64,000 bases of DNA, taken from positions 52,266,001 to 52,330,000 of the forward strand of contig OX597815.1 of the NCBI GenBank assembly GCA_951406725.2, given 5' to 3'. The notes beneath the pieces were generated by a model, which worked only from the letters and a program-made list of their open reading frames with translations, did no database searches and had not been told where the DNA came from. The position numbers were made by a program, and so were the translations under genes. Below, one piece after another: positions 1-13,631 of the stretch. Within the stretch, counting starts at the first letter, position 1. Every line of letters begins with the position of its first letter. This stretch comes from Octopus vulgaris (taxonomy: Eukaryota).

Positions 1-339
1 GCTTAAATGACAATGATGTTTATTGCCAGAGTAAAGACAGAATGCTGACAAGGTTACCCAACAACAATGATGACAGCAATGACAGTAATTTATTTCTAAA
101 TATTTAAATTCACTGAAACTTCAACACTGTTTCCAGCATGGAAAAATGGCTGTAAAATAACTTTGGGGACATGACATAACATGTTAATATGCCTTTCATT
201 GCCATGTCATAACATATTTATATAATTATTTTGAACCAATCAAATTTTATGGAACATTTTAGGAATTTTTATTGAATGCTGCCATGTTTAAACAGATTCT
301 ACTCATGGTGACAAAAAACAAAAACAAAAAAAAAACTAT

Positions 340-655
340 CAGTTCTGTTAGAAGTTGTTATGCTGTAATGCAAGTAGCTCTTCTGGATGTTTAATACATG
401 TGTGTAGGAATCAGAAAGCAGAAATGAACTGAGATACCAAAAAAAAAAAAAACCTAACCCCAAAAGGAATCAGATGTAGTGTGCATGAGAAACGTTGGTA
501 TATATGCAGGAGGAGAGCTGTATAAAGGTGTGTCATGCATTCACATTTGGTGGAACATGTGGAAGAGGGAGATCATGGAAGACTTGGGATGAAGTGGCGA
601 AGATGGATCTGAAGTTGTTACACTTCACAGAGGTGATGGCAACAGACTGCATAGA
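340..655 (+). mobile_element. RTE-clade LINE, ORF2 C-terminal remnant
   Basis: Translation MQEESCIKVC..GTCGRGRSWKTWDEVAKMDLKLL..MATD matches the RTE C-terminal G.R.RGRP.KTW...V..DL motif. Confidence 0.75.
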
Positions 656-1714
656 CTTATGCATGTACCTGTGCAGATGCACACATGCACACACTCTCAC
701 ACACATACACACAAACATATACACACACACACATGTGTATGTATGCATGTCTCCCACTATCAAGTTTACATCATTGACTTCTTTGATAGCTTCTTATTTC
801 TCTAACACATACAGCATTCATCCTTCTCCCCTGTCACTCACCCCACTCCCTCTTGTTCCTTGTGTTATCCATCTCTCTATTACCCATAACACTGTCACTC
901 ACATTTCTCTTTGCTCATACCCTTATTAATCTTCTTTTCTGTGCTCATGTCCCCATTGCTTAATTCTCAGTCATTACCTCCTCTTCTCACTTTCACTGTA
1001 CCAAACTGCTGATGTGATGAAGATTAGCTATGAATATCTCTTCTGCTCATCACACATTGCACCCTCTTGCTCATGCTGTAATGTTCATTTTCTGTTAACC
1101 AAACATTTTATACATTGCATTCTTTCACCTGCACCTAATGTTTATCATTCTATCACTCTCTCTTCTCACTTCCTACTGTACTTCCAGTTTGACGTAAGAT
1201 GGCAGTGAATCTCTTCAGTTCCTCTTACATTGCTCCCAACCAAAGGATGTCACTGCATCAATTCTGACCACCTCCTCCAATAGTTCTTTCTGCTCTTCAC
1301 TACTACAAGACACACCATCATTCAACCTCTCTGGCTCACCTTTAGCCTTATGTATACTTGGCTACATTAGATCACGTTTTTCCTGTTTATTCTTTTGTAC
1401 TGCCTGTCATTACCCCATGCCCTCTTGGTTCTTTTCTCTCACACATCCTAGGCCTTATCTCCTAGGTTACCTTGACTTCTGTCATCTCCTATCTTAATCC
1501 AGTTGCTTTGATTAGTTCTCCCAGAATATTGAGTATCCTGTCACTCCACTCTCTTATACATCCCTCTCAACATCATCTTTCATGCATTTATTGCTCATGC
1601 TTCTCACTCTGTAAAGGGACAGGTGAGTGAGAAGAGACAAGGGTTTGTGAGGTCCCTTTAGTTATTTTGAGGATATAGCTTTAGTGTTGGTGTCATAAAA
1701 AAAATGTACACAAC

Positions 1715-2092
1715 AGGAGTGGCTGTGTGGTAAATAGCTTGCTTACTAACCACATGGTTCTGGGTTCAGTCCCACTGTCTTCTACAAGTGTCTTCTGCTA
1801 TAGCCTCGGGCCGACCAAAGCCTTCTGAGTGGATTTGGTAGACAGAAACTGAAAGAAGCCCATCATATGTGTGTGTGTGTGTGTGTGTGTATGTTTGTGT
1901 GTCTGTGTTTGTTCCCCCAACATCACTTGACAACCTGGTGTGTTTACGTCCCCGTCACTTAGTGGTTCGGGAAAAGAGACTGATAGAATAGGTACTAGGC
2001 TTACAAAGAATAAGTCCTGGGGTCGATTTGATCGACTACAGGCGGTGCTACAGCATGGCCGCAGTCAAATGACTGAAATAAAAGAATAAAAA
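1715..2092 (+). mobile_element. tRNA-derived SINE, family A (CORE-like centre, internal (TG)n)
   Basis: A-box/B-box-like head GGAGTGGCTGTGTGGTAA...GGTTCAGTCCCAC, body CAAGTGTCTTCT.CTATAGCCTCGGGCCGACCAAAGCC, tail GACTGAAA(TAAAAGAA); more than 10 copies in the window. Confidence 0.9.
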
Positions 2093-2099
2093 AATAAGC

Positions 2100-2390
2100 A
2101 CATTTTGTATAGTGTGCAGTTAGGAGGATCCTTCAAGCACCTCTCTTATGCTGGTGCCATGAAAAAAATGCACTCACTACATTCTATAAAGTAGTTGGTG
2201 ATAGGAAGAGCATCCAACCATAGAGACCAAGTGCCAAAAAATGAAATGTGAACACAATGAGGCACCCTGATCCATCTAGGTGAGCAGTATTCCTGAATAT
2301 GTGCTGACTTCAACCACAGTGACCTGTCCAACCATTGCAAGCATGGGTAATGGACAAAAACCAATGATGACAATGCTGATGATGACATAT
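2100..2390 (+). mobile_element. RTE-type 3' tail repeat ending in (GAT)n
   Basis: GTTGGTG.TAGGAAG.GCATCCA.CC and GCATGG..AATGGAC motifs; related copies near 4465, 11320, 14700, 16017, 18170 and 60195. Confidence 0.65.
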
Positions 2391-2401
2391 TTATGTCAAA
2401 T

Positions 2402-2840
2402 GTCACACTTAACCTACTAGAAATAGCTAACAGATTTACTTCAAATCACACACCCTACCAAAATAAAGATGGAAAGAACACATTAGACAGTGTAGTCTTA
2501 TACACTCCTAAACACTGGGATAGTCTGGTGTGGACTGTTTTTGATCATAAAACTGAGGCCGAAAAACAATTATGATAACCACTATAACCATAGGGAAGAT
2601 CCTTTACATGAATGCTTGTCTGAACGTTTATTGTGGTCACAATTGGAATGTATTTGATCATAAATATGCCTATTAGGGTTGACCTGGGGCCAAACAACAA
2701 TGATGACAACAGCCATCAAGTTAACTAGAGAGCTTCTTTGTCCTTTTTGTACCTTTTAGAAATAGCAGCCAAATCTCTCTCAGATCACATTCTACTATTT
2801 CCAAGAACGGAGAATATATTGGAAAATATAAAACTAAATA
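2402..2840 (+). repeat. Old dispersed repeat (ACTTAACCTGCTAGAAATAGCAGCCAAATCTCCCTCAAATCACACCC family), tandem fragments
   Basis: Same motif recurs near 9660, 59180 (minus strand), 61385 and 61790. Confidence 0.6.
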
Positions 2841-2847
2841 CAATACC

Positions 2848-3232
2848 TTTTATCTTTTAAAATTTTTATCTGTTGCAGTCATTTGACAGTGGCCATGCTG
2901 GGGCATTGCCTTGAAGAGTTTTAGTTGAATAAATCGACCCCAGGATTTTTTAAAGCCTGGTACTCATTCTATCGGTCTCTTTTGATGACCTGCTAAGTTA
3001 TGGGAATGTAAACACACCAACACCTTTTGTCAAGTGGTGGTAGGGGACAAACACAAACACACAGACACACACACACACACACACACATGTATATATACAA
3101 CAGAATTCTTTCAGTTTCTGTCTATCAAATCCACTCACAAGGCCTTGGTTAGCCTGAGGCTACAGTAGAAGATCCTTGCCCAAGTGCAATGCAGTGAGAT
3201 AGAACCCACCACCATGTGGTTGGGAAGCAAGC
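2848..3232 (-). mobile_element. SINE family A
   Basis: Reverse complement of 1715-2092. Confidence 0.85.
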
Positions 3233-3334
3233 TGGAATACTTTTGATGAGTTTGCTTGGTCAAAGCTGAGCTTGATCTGGTGTTAAACAAGATTGAAAAC
3301 TATTACATTTTATACTATTAGCACTATAATCTGG

Positions 3335-3438
3335 CCCTCCTCCTCCTCCACCACCACCATCACCACCGTCCACATTCCAACTAAAATCATTGTCATCTGT
3401 AGTAATAAACATCATTTGTTCAATAAATATCATTAGAC

Positions 3439-3505
<67 letters not shown>

Positions 3506-3528
3506 TGCTGCTGTTGCTGCTGCTGCTG

Positions 3529-3618
<90 letters not shown>

Positions 3619-3800
3619 TCACCTCTGTTGCTGCCTCTGCCACCTCCACCTCCACCTCTTATGCCGATACATCCACCCCCACTGTGTCCACCACCACTGC
3701 TGCCCCCACCTCTGCTTCTGCCTTCACCCTTGCTCCCACTGCTGCTGCTACCCCCTCCCCCATCACTACTGTAACCATCGTCCCACTCTGTCACTGCTAT
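3335..3800. repeat. Compound trinucleotide microsatellite (CTA)n/(CTG)n/(CCA)n
   Basis: Directly visible; explains the poly-T/A/L/S ORFs. Confidence 0.95.
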
Positions 3801-4199
3801 AATAATTATGATTATTGTCCGTTGTTGTCATCATCAACATTCACATCAGGATTGTCACTGTAGTTTATGTCTTTGCTATAATTAACACGGCTACCCCCCC
3901 CCCACCATTACCACACACACACACACTCACACCATTCCCATCACTCCCATTAACCACACAGATAATATAATTTATCACTACCACCACCACTGCCATAACT
4001 GCCACCAACACCACTAACACATTGGATAGCTGTGCCATATTACAGCAGCCTGTTTTGATATGCAGATGTTTATGAAACTTGACCTCTTCTTTCCCAGCAC
4101 AAACTTCACCAAATAATATCAATGAAGCAAATAGAAAATCCCTAGCTACATCAATGATTACTAATTTGAACTTTATAGTACAGACAGATGCTTAGATAC

Positions 4200-4462
4200 A
4201 AGAAGATTAAGTATAGAAGCATACAGATTAGTACGATATGTTATAGTACATCCTTGTACATCACGTCACAAAAGTCCAGATCAGTACAGCACATTGCACC
4301 ACGTTACAGAAACAGCATGTGACATCATAGCTCAGCATAGCATACTACACATCATATCATAGCATAGCATCACATGACTCAAAACAACAAATTACAACAC
4401 TTTATTAGTACTTTAACAGCATGGTACAGACAAGTACAGAACATAACAGTATAGTATATCAC

Positions 4463-4493
<31 letters not shown>

Positions 4494-5390
4494 GTCGTTT
4501 AATGTCCACTTTCCATGCTAGCATAGGTTCAATATAACCATCAAGTAGCACATCACATCCTGGTATGACACAACATGACATAGCTTAACACACATCTTGG
4601 CTCAGTGTAGCAGATTATCTAGCAATACATACAGTGTAAATTGCATCACAGTAAAAATACATTATATCACAATTCGTCATATCACAGTACATCAGAGCAC
4701 AGTATATTGCAACACTTTACAATTTATCATGGCACATCATAGTACAGTCCATCACAGCACATCATAACATACATAACACATCACAGTATATAAGAGTACA
4801 GTGTATCACAGCACACCATATTAGCATGCACTGTAGCACAGTACATCATGGCACATCACAGTATATCACAGCAGAATGTATCAGCATATCACATTGTAGG
4901 ACATTGTGGTACAACACATCACACACATCACATTACATTATATATCCTAAAAAAGTATGTTGATTCACAGCATATCAGAGCATATCACAGCAGACCACAG
5001 CAGAACACACTACGTCAGGTAGTAGAACATCATGATACAACACATTACATCACATCATAACACTGTATAACATAAAGCAAATCACTTCACTTCATTTCAC
5101 AGTACACTACATCACACCACAGCACACATCTCATATAAATATGCAATATACCATACAACATAACAGCACAACACAAAACACATCACAGCACACACACCAC
5201 CACAGAATGCGTCTCAATATAGCACATTACTGTACAAGCAAAGTACATCACATCAAGTCACAGCAAATTAAAACACACATCATATCACAGTATATGACAC
5301 CATAACCCACTGCATCATGATAGCAATCACATTGCATAACAAACATCACAGCATACATCATATCACACCTCAGCACATAACACATCTCAT
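4200..5390. repeat. Degenerate pentanucleotide tract (CACAT/CATCA/CAGCA/CAGTA)
   Basis: About 5-bp periodic CA-anchored units over about 1.2 kb. Confidence 0.75.
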
Positions 5391-6739
5391 ATTTGAACTA
5401 AACACATTTATCTTCTTATCTTCCAATTTATTATCAGAAACATACAACAATGTATAGAGTCAAACTAAATCCCCACTGATAGTTAAGTAGGAAAAAACCT
5501 TTTCGATATGGTGTAATGGTGTTCTTCAATTCATGTAACAGAATTCTTTTCCTTTATTGTAACTGGCTTATTTCTGTGTGTATTTTCTTTTTGATGTTCA
5601 ACAACATTGTGTGTTTTAATTTTCCTACCTGGTATTCTATAATCTGAGCTGTCTTACAGCTGAATTAATGGATTTAGTATACTGCCTGGAGGTGATGCAT
5701 TCTTAATGAAGTGGAGCTGTTGGATGGTTATTCTGATTTTTAGCCAGCAGAACCCAGTATTTTTTGGCATCTTGCTAGCTTGGCTACAGCTTATTTTACT
5801 TTGGTTTTATATTTAGTTTGCAAGATTCTTGATGTGTATTTGTGTGTTGAAACAAATCTTGTGTCTTGGGAGGGTCATTATGCCAATGACAGTAAACACA
5901 TGCACTGGTTCAATATCACATCGTTATTGTTAGTCAGTTGGTTAACTAACTAACCAACTAACTAATCAATAATTTATTTAATGCTTATAGCTGAGGTGTA
6001 AGATAAAACATGAGTTTTAAATTATTAAGTTTAATGTATAGAATGGGATATATGTTGGATTAGAAGGAGAAAGGCAGGGATAATTATCTAAAATTGAATA
6101 ATTATCAAGTGCCATGCATATGATGAATAATAGTTAAGAATGTTAAAAATATATTTAATGCTTGGAATATAAAAAGCTAATAAAAGAATAATATTAGATA
6201 AATAAAAAAATACATATATTAGTTGGTACCTAGTATCATTTTCCTTAGAATAGTATGAGAGATAACTCCAAATGTTTCACCTTTACTTGGGCTCATCAGC
6301 AGAAGTAAGATTATGTCATATCTGCTAAATTGTTAATGACAGAATAATTAAATGAATATATTCATAGATATTAACTTGTGGTTATCACAAACAAGGTACC
6401 ACAACCCACTGGTCTGCTGCAAGCTGTAGCCAGGTATGCCACAAAAATAATAAAATTATATTTAGAAAAAAGGTGTGTAAAATACAAATTGAAATTCTGA
6501 GTTTAAAATCCTGATTATTATAATTTAATAATAAATCTCTGAGCGAGGTATAAACAGTAGCAGCATGACATCGTGAAGTATATTTGCCACCTAAATGAGG
6601 CTTACCCTTAAGGGTTGATGCTACTGTAGCTTTTAGCCCCAGGAAGATATCTTCTCCAGCTGGCTATTGACACACTATCAGTGACCTATTAGTATTTGCA
6701 AAGAGAAATCATCGTTCCCATCTCCAGCCTGACATGATA

Positions 6740-6784
6740 CACATGGACCTGAGCTTCTGGGTATTGACCCGTCATCAGCATATG
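6740..6784 (-). ncRNA. Hammerhead motif, antisense copy with GAAG variant
   Basis: catatg-CTGATGA-c.gggt.caat.accc.a-GAAGC-tcag-GTC-catgtg. Confidence 0.65.
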
Positions 6785-6978
6785 ACTACCACCAGTTAGC
6801 AATGGGAAGTGGTTCTCAATGCAAATATATATACTTTTCCCAGTGATGAAAAGTTTATACCTCACTCAGAGATTTATTATTGCTTGTTTCCACTTTTTCA
6901 AGATAGTGACTTTTCGTCACTGGCAAAAGTATATATATTTGCATTGAGAACCACTTCCTATCACCAACTGGTGGTTGT

Positions 6979-7023
6979 CACATGCTGATGACGGGTTAAT
7001 ACCCAGAAACTTGGGTCTGTGTG
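6979..7023 (+). ncRNA. Minimal type I hammerhead ribozyme motif
   Basis: cacatg-CTGATGA-c.gggt.taat.accc.a-GAAAC-ttgg-GTC-tgtgtg; stems I and II pair. Confidence 0.75.
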
Positions 7024-8509
7024 TATTACATCAGGCTGGAGATGGGAACAATGATTTCCTATTACAAATACTGATAGGGAACAGATAGTATGTCAATAGC
7101 CAGCTCGAGGAGATGTCTTCCTGGGGCTACAAGCTACAGTAGCATCGACCCTTAAAGGTTAGCTACATTTAGGAGGCAAATATACTATTATAATTCAGTT
7201 ATTGAATAAAGTATTAGTTAATAATTTTCTGCAGTTTAAAGTATTGGCTTAATTTATAAGCTAACACACTTGCTTGCTGGGGAAATACTCATAGAATTGA
7301 TTTACTTCTGAAAATGGCAAATGAAGAGACACCCAGAAAAATTTGCAATGCTTAGATCTAAGTGTCTAGTGAAGCAGTGGTTTTCGCTTGGGCAGACCCT
7401 GTGCAGGTGAACCTTTTCCAGCATTCTCTATATGACTTGGGCCTGTACCCTCTCCTGCTGCTATTAAGTAAGTTACTGGAACTTTGGCTACTATGATTAG
7501 ATTTGGGGTGACTACTGGAGTGGTTTTGCATTACCTTCCCCAGGCAGGTGGGATATGAACTCTGAATGTAAAGAAGTAGAAGATCTACCACAAAGCATTT
7601 CTGCTGTTGCATCAACGTTTCTGCCATTCTTCCACCTGCAGAGCAATATGAAATGAAGTGTTTCACTCAAGAACACAATGCATCACCCAGACCATGAATT
7701 AAACCCATGATCTTACAATTGTGAGCACAACACTCTAACCACTAGGCTATGCACCTTCGTGTGTGTAGTTTGTCAAATATGACTCTTGGAGTATTGGCAG
7801 AGTGAAATGTCATGTTGCTTTCCAGTAAGCAAATTAACATCTCAGTGCTGCAGCATGTGTTGTATAGTTACTATATTTTGGATATTTGAAACAGTCCAAT
7901 GCATAGAAATAAATAAATAATTAACAAATAACATATGATGAATGATGTAATTGAAGTAATGTAACCCAGAACAGACAATATAAGAAATAATACATTATAT
8001 GTTTGTTTAATCACCTGCTGAACAGAGTTGTGCAATGGGAGTATGCTTTACTCATAACCTAAAAGTCCATTGATTGAAACATTGCTTTGTGAAGAAATGG
8101 ATACCACTTTGGATACTTTATACTTTGCAACTGAAATGTCTACAACTATACTAACCTTATACATGTATACATATCTACAGGGATAGGTATAAATTATATT
8201 ATGCAATAAAAAATTTATCCCTGGTAAAGGGATCACCAGTTGAATGGTGTGCACCAAACATCTTGTAGTGCAGTGGGTAGGGACGACAGCAGTAATATAA
8301 AACATTTTGCTTAGTATGTAGGAGGAAATAGATGTAGTGTTGCTGAATAGTTGAGATGTTTGCTTGACAATCAGGAGGTCCTGGGTTCAACGCTACTGTG
8401 TGGTAAAAGTATTTTTTAGCATAATCTCTGGTCAACCCAAGCTTTGTGAGTGAAAGCAAGCAGACAGAAGCTGTGTGGAAGGCTGTTGCCTGGATTATCA
8501 GCCACCCCA

Positions 8510-8805
8510 CTGGTTATGACGATGAGTGTTCCAGTTCATCCAATCAATGGAACAGCCTGCTCATGAAATTAACGTGCAAGTGGCTGAGCACTCCACTGAC
8601 ACACTTACCCTTAATGTAGTTCTCAGGGAGATTCAACATGACACAGAATGTGATGAGGCTGGCCCTTTGAAATACAGGTACAACTCATTTTTGCCAGCTG
8701 AATGGACTGGAGCAACATGAAATAAAGTGTCTCACTCAAAGACACAACCTGCCACTGGGAATTGAACTTATGACCATACAATTATGAACTGGATGTCCTA
8801 ACTAC
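8510..8805 (-). mobile_element. SINE family C body
   Basis: Reverse complement of the body seen at 27790-28107 and 49370-49550. Confidence 0.8.
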
Positions 8806-9869
8806 TATGATTTAATCTCCTTTGAATTACATCCATCGTCTTGAATAGTGGAGAACATAATGGAAAATGTTATTCCAGATATGCAATACCTTATAGAAAG
8901 ACAGGTTGGCTATTGCTGCAATGCTTTGGATCATGACAAGTTTGATCAGTGTGTAGTGACCAGAGGCTAAACAATTTCATTCTGTCTTCTTATTTTCTCT
9001 CCTTCAGCCACTGACCTGCAGGTTATCAAACTGAACATCTACCTTATTAACCTCTGTTTCCCAACTTGGCATTGTGATATTTGGAATAACAATGATACTA
9101 CAATTATTGATAGTGACTTAGTGAAGGGACAAATGTACCTGGTTCTGTTGTTTTAAGTATATAACTGGTACTTATTTACAGTGATGAATGAAAATCATTT
9201 AGGTAGGATTGGAATTTAGAATATAAAAGGTCAAAAACTATCAAATTTCATCAAAAATTTCTCTCAAAAAACCGTATCAGTCCTGTATGTGAAGCTGGGC
9301 CTATATTACAGATAAGATGGTGTGCTGGACCATGCTTAGCAGCAATTTCATCCATCTTTACATCCTGAGTTCAAATTCTGTTGAGCTCAAGTTTGCCTTT
9401 CATCCTTTTGGGGCTGAGGAAATAAATACCAGTTGAACACTGGGATTGATATGATTGTCAAGCCCCCTCTCATAAAATTTCAGGTCTTGTGCTTACAGTA
9501 GGAAGGCTATTACATTCAAAAACTTTTTCCAGAATGAGCACTGCTAAAACTGGGTGGGGATGGGTCTAATATGCCTGTGGATCTTGCTTGCCATCAAATA
9601 CAGTAATACTGCCTGGTCATTTAGTCTGACACATCATTATGATGAAACCTCTACAGGGTCACTTAACCTGCTAGAAATAGCAGTTAAATCTCCCTCAAAT
9701 TACACCCTGCCATTTCAAGAAAAGATTACATTGGATAATGTATATTATGCCTGAACAAAAAAATAAAATTATTGGGGTTAGAATACTTTTGAGTACAATC
9801 GGTTCCATCAAGGCTGACTTAGAGCTAAACAACGAATGCAACAACTTGTTAATATTATAAATTGGATAA

Positions 9870-12180
9870 TAATGCTAATAATGGTATCTCTAATATGTTT
9901 GATAAGGAGCTTATTGAAGTATTACAACGCATTCCCACTTTAAAGTGTTTATTCAAGCAAAGCCATAGTTTAAAGAGGTCCTTTACCTTAGGAAGCCTTA
10001 TTCAATTGAATGATTATTCAGTTTGATTATAATCAAGCTTTCCTTTTCCATTAAACAATGTTAATAGTAGTTAATGGTCACTGAAGATGATGAATGGACT
10101 TTCATATAGATATGCATGGAATTTTTCACATGCCTACACCACTGCAAAGCCTATTTTCAGCATGAGAATGCATTTGTTCAATTCTGAAAGTGCTTTGGTT
10201 GTGTAGGAAATAATATGACATTCATTTTTGGAGTTATGCTCTACCAATATGGTGGCCAATCCAATAGAACTGGTGTTGACATTGATAGAAGGTTTCTATT
10301 TGGTGTCAAAGTGTGATAATATTGTATGTGATGCTGTTCATTGTATTTATTCCTAAAGTATTTCTTTTTGCTTCCAAGTCTTTTGAAATTTCTTGCTTTT
10401 GATAATTTTCTATACTATATCTGCCTTGGAGTACAGATAATTCAAGAAAGTTGTATAATCTCCAACAAAACTTCTGAATTTAGTTGTTATTGTGGGATGC
10501 TTAATCCTTTTGATCCCTACCTGCCTGAAACTGCCATTGGTTCTTTGATGGAAATTCCTTGTTTTAAAGTGATCTAATTAAAATCTTCTGTCAAAATTTC
10601 ATATTAATTTATGATCCAAACATCAGCTTAATAGCTGCTGCAAAGTCATCTTGCTCAGTTCTTCATTATTTAAAAAATAATTGAAACAGAGGCAGTGTAT
10701 TCCAACAGAAATATGGAAACAAAAGGGTTAAAATAAGTCAAGTCACAACATTAATCTTATTCTCTTTGAAGCAATGAAGCCAAAATATTACCACCTAACA
10801 CCATAAATACATTTCTTGTGATTTAATGTTATGTAATGTTAGGAACAGCTAATAATTTCCTGAAATTCTTCAAATACTAGGAATTTTTCAAGAATCAACT
10901 GCTTGGATGAGGTGAATCTTGCAATGGTACAATGATGGATTTAATTGTACTTGGTGGAAACCCATATTAAAACCCAGTTTTGAAAAGAAGCACGATCCAT
11001 TCAAATTTTCCATTATTTCATCAATAATGGGTATTGGATATTGTTTCCTTTGTGTAGCCATATTTGCACTGAGAAAGTCCACATATAAACGAATACATCC
11101 CATCTTTCTTTTGTACTATAACCAAAGGTGAACCCCGCATTGTGGAGTCATTCACTTTCTCAGTGATGTCCAATTTAACAAATATTCAGTTCTTTCCCTT
11201 ACTTGTCTCTTTTTGATGAAATGCTATTTGCCTCACTGGTTGTATTCCTGGTTTTATATCGTGACTGATTGATAATTTTAACATAAACTTTCATAATTTG
11301 TCAATGCCTTCTAATCATCACCATCATCATTTAACATCTGTTTTCCATGATGGCAGGGGTTGTACTGTTTGACAGGAGCTGGTCAGCTTGAGAGCTGTCT
11401 TGGCTCCAATTGTCTATTTTGGCATGGTTTCTACAGCTGGATGCTCTTCCTAATGCCAACCACTGGGTGCTGTTATGCAGCTCTAGCATGAGTGCATTTT
11501 GCTTCACCAACATGATTGCATTTAACATGGAACTGGTATGAATGTATTTAACTAATTTAATTATTGTTTACTGATTTAATTATTGAGAGAGAGGGAGAGA
11601 GAGTATTAAAATAGATTATTTTAATCAAGCAAAGAGTAGAAATCATTTCATGACCCAATAAACAGCCATCAGTCAAAGATTTAGTAACGAATATCCTCTG
11701 AATATGGCAAATTTAGCCAATTTTGAGAGTCACACAAATAACCTGAAAGAAAGCTAGAGGTGCAGTCAAGCCTTAGGTAAATATATTGGTTTTGCATGAT
11801 TGAATAATTGTTTCAAAGTTTAATACCTTTATTTTATTAAATGTTGTGTTATCAATTAATTTACTTCAGAATCAATAATGAACGATGTGATTATTCAATC
11901 AGCTTTGATTTGTTGATGTCGGCTTAGTTGATCACCATCGTTAACCTGAAATATAAATTCATTGTCACACAACTGACAGTGCTTTTCCATGTAACTGATT
12001 AATGTAATTGCTGTTTCCGTTGGTGTGGATAGAAGTGTTACTAAAGTTATGGAACATTACTAAAGTTATGGCCTTCCCTAATTTACATATGCTTGTGAAA
12101 TGACCGACTTTTATCCAAGAACAAAATTCTCCCTGAACTTTGGAATCACACTCATAACATGTATTTAGAGTATCCAAATT
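9870..12180 (-). mobile_element. Decayed Ty3/Gypsy LTR-retrotransposon gag-pol (zinc knuckle, protease, RT, RNase H), interrupted
   Basis: CYEC...KVGHFTSIC (about 12090-12160); FIIDS.VN (about 11860); IRLYVDF..AN.A..RKQYPIPIIDEI..NLNGS.FFSKL...GFHQV (10950-11100); ILSHFD...IISY.TKALS...ACEKFHAYLYE.PF.I.SDH (10070-10330); many stops and frameshifts. Confidence 0.85.
10505..10727. mobile_element. piggyBac-type MITE inserted in the Gypsy pol
   Basis: TTAA-tCCTTT...AAAGGG-TTAA termini. Confidence 0.7.
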
Positions 12181-12419
12181 CTATCGTTGTTATTGAGACT
12201 AATTGATGCTGTTCAGCTTCTATTGATGGTAGCCAGTTTCTGTTGATGGTATATAGCTACTGCTGATATCATCTATTGTCTAGTGGTGGTATTCAGTCTC
12301 CTATTGATAGTGTCCTGCTCCTATTGGTATTACTAAGCTCCTATTGTTAGTTTCCAGCTTCTATTAATGCCAATTGGCTATCACCAGTTATAGCTGGAGC
12401 AGCATCCTCATGTCATTTC

Positions 12420-13599
12420 TATCATTATAATGATGATGATGATGATGATGGTGATGATGATAATGATGACAAAGAAGAAGAAGAAGAAGAAGAAGAGAAT
12501 TTTGATGTTGATGTGGAGTAGGACAATGATTATGATGATGATAATAGTGATGGAATGAAGAGAAGGAAGAGAAGGAGAGGAAAGGAAAAGGAGGAAAAAA
12601 GAGGAGGAAGAAGAAGAAGAGAAAGAAGAAGAAGAAGATGAGTAAGTAGAAGAGGAAGAAGTGGAAGAAGAAGAAGAAGAAGAAAAAGAAGAAGATGAGG
12701 AAGTAGAAGATGAAGAGGATGGGGAAGATGAGGAAGTAGAAGCAGAAGAGGGAGAAGACGAAGAAGAAGAAGAAGAAGAAGAAGAAGAAGAAGAAGAAGA
12801 AGAAAAAGAAGATGAGGAAGTAGAAGAGGATGGGGAAGATGAGGAAATAGAAGCAGAAGAGGGAGAAGATGAAGAAGAAGAAGAAGAAGAAGAGGAGGAA
12901 GAAGAAGAAGAAGATGAGGAAGTAGAAGAAGTAGAAGAAGAAGAAGAAGATGAGGAAGTAGAAGAGGAAGAGGATGAGAGGAAGACGAAGAAGAAGAAGA
13001 AGAAGAAGTAGAAGAAGAAGTAGAAGAGGAAGAGGGAGAAGACGAAGAAGTAGAAGAAGAAGAAGAAGAAGTAGAAGAGGAAGAGGGAGAAGACGAAGAA
13101 GTAGAAGAAGAAGAAGAAGAAGAAGAAGATGAGGGAGAAGACGAAGAAGAAGAAGAAGAAGAAGAGGGAGAAGACAAAGAAGTAGAAGAAGAAGAAGAAG
13201 ATGAGGAAGTAGAAGAAGAAGAGGGAGAAGTCGAAGAAGAAGAAGAAGAAGAAGAAGAAGAAGATGAGGAAGTAGAAGAGGAAGATGGAGAAGAAGAAGA
13301 AGAAGAAGAAGAAGAGGAGGAAGAAGAAGAAGAAGAAGATGAGGAAGTAGAAGAAGAAGAAGAAGAAGAAGATGAGGAAGTAGAAGAGGAAGAGGATGAG
13401 GAAGACGAAGAAGAAGAAGAAGAAGAAGTAGAAGAGGAAGAGGGAGAAGACGAAGAAGTAGAAGCAGAAGAAGAAGTAGAAGAAGAAGAGGGAGAAGACG
13501 AAGAAGTAGAAGCAGAAGAAGAAGTAGAAGAAGAAGAGGGAGAAGACAAAGAAGTAGAAGAAGAAGAAGTAGAAGTAGAAGAGGAAGAGGGAGAAGTCG

Positions 13600-13631
<32 letters not shown>

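Larger units (their letters stand above)
6527..7186. mobile_element. Inverted pair of PLE-type terminal repeats (arms 6577-6854 and 6909-7186)
   Basis: About 278-bp arms are diverged reverse complements and each carries a hammerhead motif; extra inverted repeat 6527-6555/6853-6881. Confidence 0.8.

Noticed and set aside
800-1610. Pyrimidine-rich tract as a PLE tail or exon
   Set aside because: No convincing protein or RNA motif could be read.
7358-7666. 102-aa ORF as a host exon
   Set aside because: Its 5' part is a decayed family B SINE head, followed by an RTE/BovA-like GGAAGGTAATGCAAAACCACTCCAGTA motif.
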